Assembly (NCBI RefSeq): GCF_009914755.1
Contig: NC_060930.1
DNA: 64,000 nt
Strand: one strand, 5' to 3'
Source: the human T2T-CHM13v2.0 reference genome, Homo sapiens
Part shown: positions 58,990-64,000 of the stretch, one piece after another
Layout of the letters: the number at the start of each line of letters is the position of its first letter
Numbering within the stretch: position 1 is the first letter of the stretch
The notes under the pieces: model-generated
Database searches by the model: none
Told to the model about the DNA's origin: nothing
Seen by the model: the letters and a program-made list of their open reading frames with translations, nothing else
Translations under genes and position numbers: made by a program

Positions 58990-60130
58990 CTGAGAGAGAA
59001 AAAAAGAAATTAATGATGATATATAATTTCGGCCTGTGCAAACTGGATGAATTTGAGGCACCTACTAGGATGGGGGAGGAACAGATGTCTGGGAAGGAGA
59101 AAAGATATATTAATAGCAACATTTAGGACATTTAAACTTTGATACGCCAAGTGTGCATGCCAAGTCTGCAATTGGATATATGAGTCCAGAGATCTGAGGA
59201 GCAGTGGAGGACGAAGGCTATAAATATGGGATTTACCAGCATATAAAGCCATGACTAGTATTACCTGGAGACTGAATATGGATGGAGAAGAGAAGGTGAC
59301 ACCTCACCAAATAACAAGGAGTGTGTGGAGATGAAAACAGTGGTCTTTGCTGTTAATTGTAACTAAGTGGGCAAGTACCATTGAATTTGGCTATATGAAC
59401 ATCATTGTTGACCTTTACAAGTGCAGATTTAGAAGGGAGTTAAAGAGGAGAGAGAGTCTTCTTGGAGTGGGTTGAGAAGAAAAAGCAGAGACAGAAAACA
59501 GAAACAACTTTTTCAATAGGTTTTTTTGTAAAAGAATGGAAAGAAATTTATTAGTAGATTGTAGATATGATGGTCAAGAGAGGGTTTTTTGGTTTTTTTA
59601 AAAATGTAATTTTGGTGGTGAAAAATCAATAGAGAGGAATACATTGGTGATGTTGGAGGACTGGGCTGAACTGTGTGAGCTAAGCCCTTGAGAATGGAAG
59701 AAGAATAAGCAAAGGAGTTGCAGGAAGGGCAGAGTGTATGGGCACAGACACGGGTTTCTGGTTTGCCGGTGGAAGGAGAGTATTCCTAACAGAGGGCCTC
59801 AGTGTTCTTTGTGAGACACACCTCAGTGTTCTTTGCGAGATAGCTGATGAATGGAAGAGAGGAGGAGAGACAGACAGAGGCATCAAATTTTCACGTTGGA
59901 GAGGGGAAAAGGGAATCCTTCAGGGAGATGTCAGGATTGTAGGCAGTGTTGAGTAGTCAATTAAGAAATATTGTGAAATTAAAGTGAAACTAGTTAGCTG
60001 AGTTGTGTATTTCTTTTCCAGCAATGTTACTTTAACTAGGAGTAGTTGGATAGTTAAACAAGGTCACAGAATTGTCAGAACAAACACATTTGACAGAGTA
60101 AGAATCAGGGAGGTTAAGAATTTTTGCACA
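58990..60130 (-). mobile_element. L2 fragments
   Basis: ttggatatatgagtccagaga...ggctataaatatgggattt; tcattgttgacctttacaagtgcag. Confidence 0.55.
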
Positions 60131-60974
60131 ATGACCTATTTTTCCTCACATCATCAGTGTAGAGCAATTACTAGAGACTTTTTGCTTCAGGTCCACTGCT
60201 AAATGATGTACGAAAGGGGTCCATTTTTCTAGAGATTGTAGCCATCTGTCCATGACCTCCACAGTTTTCAGGGAATCCATCATTCAAGGGAATGGTAGTG
60301 GCCCAGTGCCCTGAAAATTCTCCTTGGTTTGGGATTCTGCCTTCTTGTATTTTTGGTAGCCATCTGACCATGAACACCATCTCATGTATTTCATCCCTTA
60401 GTGCGATATTGAGAACTTATCTCTCACCCTGCACAAGTGAAAACTTGGTTGATACACACTTCTTGAGCCTTGCAGAATTCCTGTCCCTCACTGCAGAGTA
60501 CAAGAGAGAGTTGACCCTGATCAACTCCTGGTGACAGGAATCAGTGTGACAAAATTTCAGACACAGAAGATTTGATAGGAGCTAGAGCATCGTGACCAAG
60601 AAAGTAAATAATGTTGTCCTCATCCAATCTACTTATCCTTTAAGAGGCTTACTGTGGTGTTATTACACTCCTGACCCATAAACCAGCACAAGATGAATTC
60701 TGTGCAGGCTGATCTATCTTTAGAGCTCACTGGAGTTCCTGGCTCTTCTCCTAAAGTTCATCATGTGAAATGCTTCAGTCATCATTGACAATGTTATCAC
60801 CTAACATTCACATGAGCTTTGCCTAACACAGACACTTAAAAATATAGTACTGGGCTCTAAGATCAGTTGCTCAGGATTGAAAATCTATTTCAAAAGACAG
60901 GTGTCTGCACATCTAATTAGTTTTCTTCCATTAGATCGTTCAAAGATTGGTAATTATAAGTAACAATATTTATA

Positions 60975-61190
60975 GTGGCTAATATTTATTCAGCACCATC
61001 CTAAACATTTGATTTGGCTAACTCATTTAATCCTCACAACAACCTTAGGTAATGGGCACAATTATTATTCCCAATTTAATAGTGAGAAAATGGAGTCACT
61101 GAGTAAGTAACCTATTTAAGGTGAAGAAAAAATATCAGAGCTACAATATGAACACTTGCACTGTGGCTCCAGGAGCTCATAATAACCACA
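60975..61190 (-). mobile_element. MIR SINE
   Basis: aactcatttaatcctcacaacaacctt...attattattcccaattt. Confidence 0.75.
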
Positions 61191-63899
61191 CATCATTCCT
61201 ATAATTTACTAGGCTTAAGTAATAAATGGTTTATTTATTAAATATTGTCATCTTGTTTCTTTAAAGTTTTATTTTAGATTGTTCTATATTTAAAATATTA
61301 TAGCTCTGATCATTTACCTCGAGGAGCTGTATTTGCATGAAAGAAATCAGATTCGCTAACCTAATACAATTCTTTAAATCCTCTTTCTTATAGTGAGAAA
61401 AAAATGTAAGCTTGAATCATATGAACTTGCTTTTGTTTTACACTTTTGAATCACCAAAATGACAATTTTGTATGATTCAACTTACACAGATACAAAGGAA
61501 AAGCTACCAACTCATATTCAGTCTAACTCTCTGCTTTATGTCAGTGTCATAAAGGTTTTCACTGTCATTCATGATCTCTTTTCTGGTCTCCCTTGTGTCA
61601 GGAATGAACAGCACTCCTTGGGAAAAGAGCGAGTCAAACCTGGGGGCATAGATAGATGGTGACTGAGGAAGAGAATCATTTCTTCTAGAATGGCACTTGG
61701 CCCAAGATGTCTGAAGACTCCTGACCTTGGCCTCACTTGCCCTATGAGCTCTTCAGTCCAAGTTCTGAATAATATGAGATGTGACTTGCCTCAGGAAGTA
61801 GGAGCAATCCAAGCCTTTATTATCTTACTGTTTTTTCAAAAAACCTCATCTGGAAGCCTAACAGCAAAGTAGTTTGCCTTTCTGATTGAAAAGTTAATTA
61901 ATGATAATGGTTCCAGGGATACTGTCAGACACCCAGGAATCTTAACACCTACAATGTGTTAAATTCCTCATTTCTCCCACAGGATTTTTCAGTGCTAAAA
62001 ACAGCATCAATACCAGTATTCTTGGCAAAACCATTGCTAATTGACAATCAGAGGAATTCAACTAATGTGTTTACTGAGTGTGAACAAGAAAGATTGTCAC
62101 ATCCAGAATTTCCAAAATAGCTTTCTTTCTTTAGAATGTGTGTATCTTCCCAAGACAAGCAGCAGTTTTCTCACGTGTTTTTAGCTTGTGTCATTGGCCA
62201 CAGCTGAGTCAGAACAGAGGTGACTTTTGTGCTATTGCCAGTGCCATTTTCTGTATTTGGTAAGTGTAGCAGTCTGGATGTCCTCACCACATAAAAAGGT
62301 TGACAGAATGGCCATTTTTAAATGTGCCCAGCAAGCCTATAGAAGCCATGAGAGGTGGCACCCAAAGGATAAATGGTCGGATCAGGGTACAGGAAGTGGT
62401 TATCGTCAACACAAACCATTCTTCCTGTCAGCAAGATATCAATAACATGTCTTTTGCTGGGAGGTGATATGTTTTGTAGGTACAAGTAAGAGAATATAAT
62501 TTCCATCCACTTCAGAAAGAGATAAGCATGAACACCTAAAAAATCACAGACTAATATGAAGCAGACTCTAGAATAACTAATGAGACTTGGTTTTATAACC
62601 TCCTCCTCCCAAATTTCCAACACTGTTGAACGAAACCGATGCCATTAAACAGGAAGATGTATAAACTTATAAGCATATTGGAAGCCATCAACCATGGTTA
62701 TATTAATATTTTATACTGTAAAAATTGTCTGGAGCTAGAGTGACAAAAACAAAAAAGGAAAGAAGCTACTAAAAGCTGGAAAAGTTGCAAGTGTTTTTTC
62801 ATAATGCTGAAAATAATATTGCTCTTGGCAGGATCTTGAAGATCATATAATCCAATTGTCTTCTTTTGCCAAATAAGAAAAATGAACCAAGAAGATCTAA
62901 GCAACATGTATTTCAAAAGAGTATTTTATTAGCATTCAATAAAACTTTTAAGTTTCTTTAAAACTTTTTAAATTATTTTGCTTCTGTCAAGATTACAGAA
63001 TGTCTGCACTACTAAATATTGATTGAAAATTGAAGACTCCTAGCTCTATTTAATATATGAAAGCCAGTGAAGTATACTCTATGTACTTTCCTGGCAAATG
63101 AAAGACGTACATCTACCATTTATGTCCCACCTTCTTCAGATATCTCAATTAGGAAAGATGTCAACAAAAAGATAGATATTAAGACAGTTTGTTATAGAAA
63201 AAATAAGTGATTCTGAGATTAGAAGAGTTGGATTCCCCAAAGTTACAAGCTGTTATATGTAAGGTAAAATTCTTTCTAAGCCCCACTTTGCTCAATTGTA
63301 AAAGATACTCAATACTTCCTGGTCTGCCACAAAGTTCGTCAATGCCATATTTAAGCCTTGAGCTGAATTATTCCCAACACACAATTGTGTGCATATTTAA
63401 ATCATACCTATGTAAGTATATTGAGCAAAAATATTATTTTTGTTCAAAATTATATTTCAAATAGCAAAATTGAATTATACAAATATTGTATAAAAGTAAT
63501 ATAAAAGTAATTCACAGGATTGGTTATGACTTTAAATAAGATGCTGGTACAAAATATTATATAAAATATATGATAAATCTTTGATATATTTTATTCATTT
63601 ATTAATATATACAAAAATATTTAGTATCTACTCTGTGTAAATCTACTTCTGTGGTGGTTTTTTTTTGAGTAAGAGAACACAGAATTTTAACAATTCCTAT
63701 TCTGAGAATATATTAGTACAAATGTCTTTGATAAGTTGGGAAAAAAAGGTACTATTATAGTTGAACTGCCAGGCTACTCTTAGAGTGGTTGGCAAATGCT
63801 CAGATGAGCCTCATGCAAAATGGAGAGTCCATGCCAGCTGGTACATAAGAAGAAACTGATAAAAACTATATTGTCCCAAATGGACGTATCCTAGACTAA

Positions 63900-63966
63900 A
63901 AGGAAGGAATGAAAGAACGAAAGAAGGAAGTGAGAAGGGAAGGGAAGGAAAGGGAAGGGAAGGGAA
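63900..63966 (+). repeat. GA-rich low-complexity tract
   Basis: aaggga/ggaa units. Confidence 0.85.
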
Positions 63967-64000
63967 ATATATTTGCTAATGTTTTTTGGTGACATTTCTC

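Overview
AT-rich, repeat-dense human genomic DNA that is intronic or intergenic. A consensus-identical AluYb8 at 47685-47992 points to Homo sapiens. There is no CpG island and no protein-coding gene I can recognise. Many ORFs in the track are Alu, L1, LTR or low-complexity read-throughs, and none of the rest resembles a protein I know. The window holds about 18 Alu or Alu-monomer copies, several old L1 segments (one with a twin-priming 5' inversion), solo LTRs (LTR12, MER61-like, LTR47A-like, MER21, MST/THE1/MLT1), DNA transposon fossils (Charlie, Tigger3a, MER58), L2/MIR/CR1 fragments and microsatellites. The most notable structure not explained by these repeats is a cluster of local copies of unique sequence within about 13.5 kb: a ~180-bp inverted duplication (45049-45228 / 46328-46510), a ~357-bp direct duplication (54077-54434 / 58183-58539) wedged between two truncated transposons, and a 49-bp-arm hairpin (55161-55310) with an internally repeated loop. 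These resemble templated-insertion repair scars, and the inverted ones could form dsRNA. Candidate regulatory items are an intact-looking LTR12 promoter, a consensus ISRE, and an IRF site created by an LTR junction. I found no evidence of a new gene system. Repeat subfamily names come from remembered consensus sequences and need RepeatMasker/Dfam confirmation; boundaries of old repeats are approximate.
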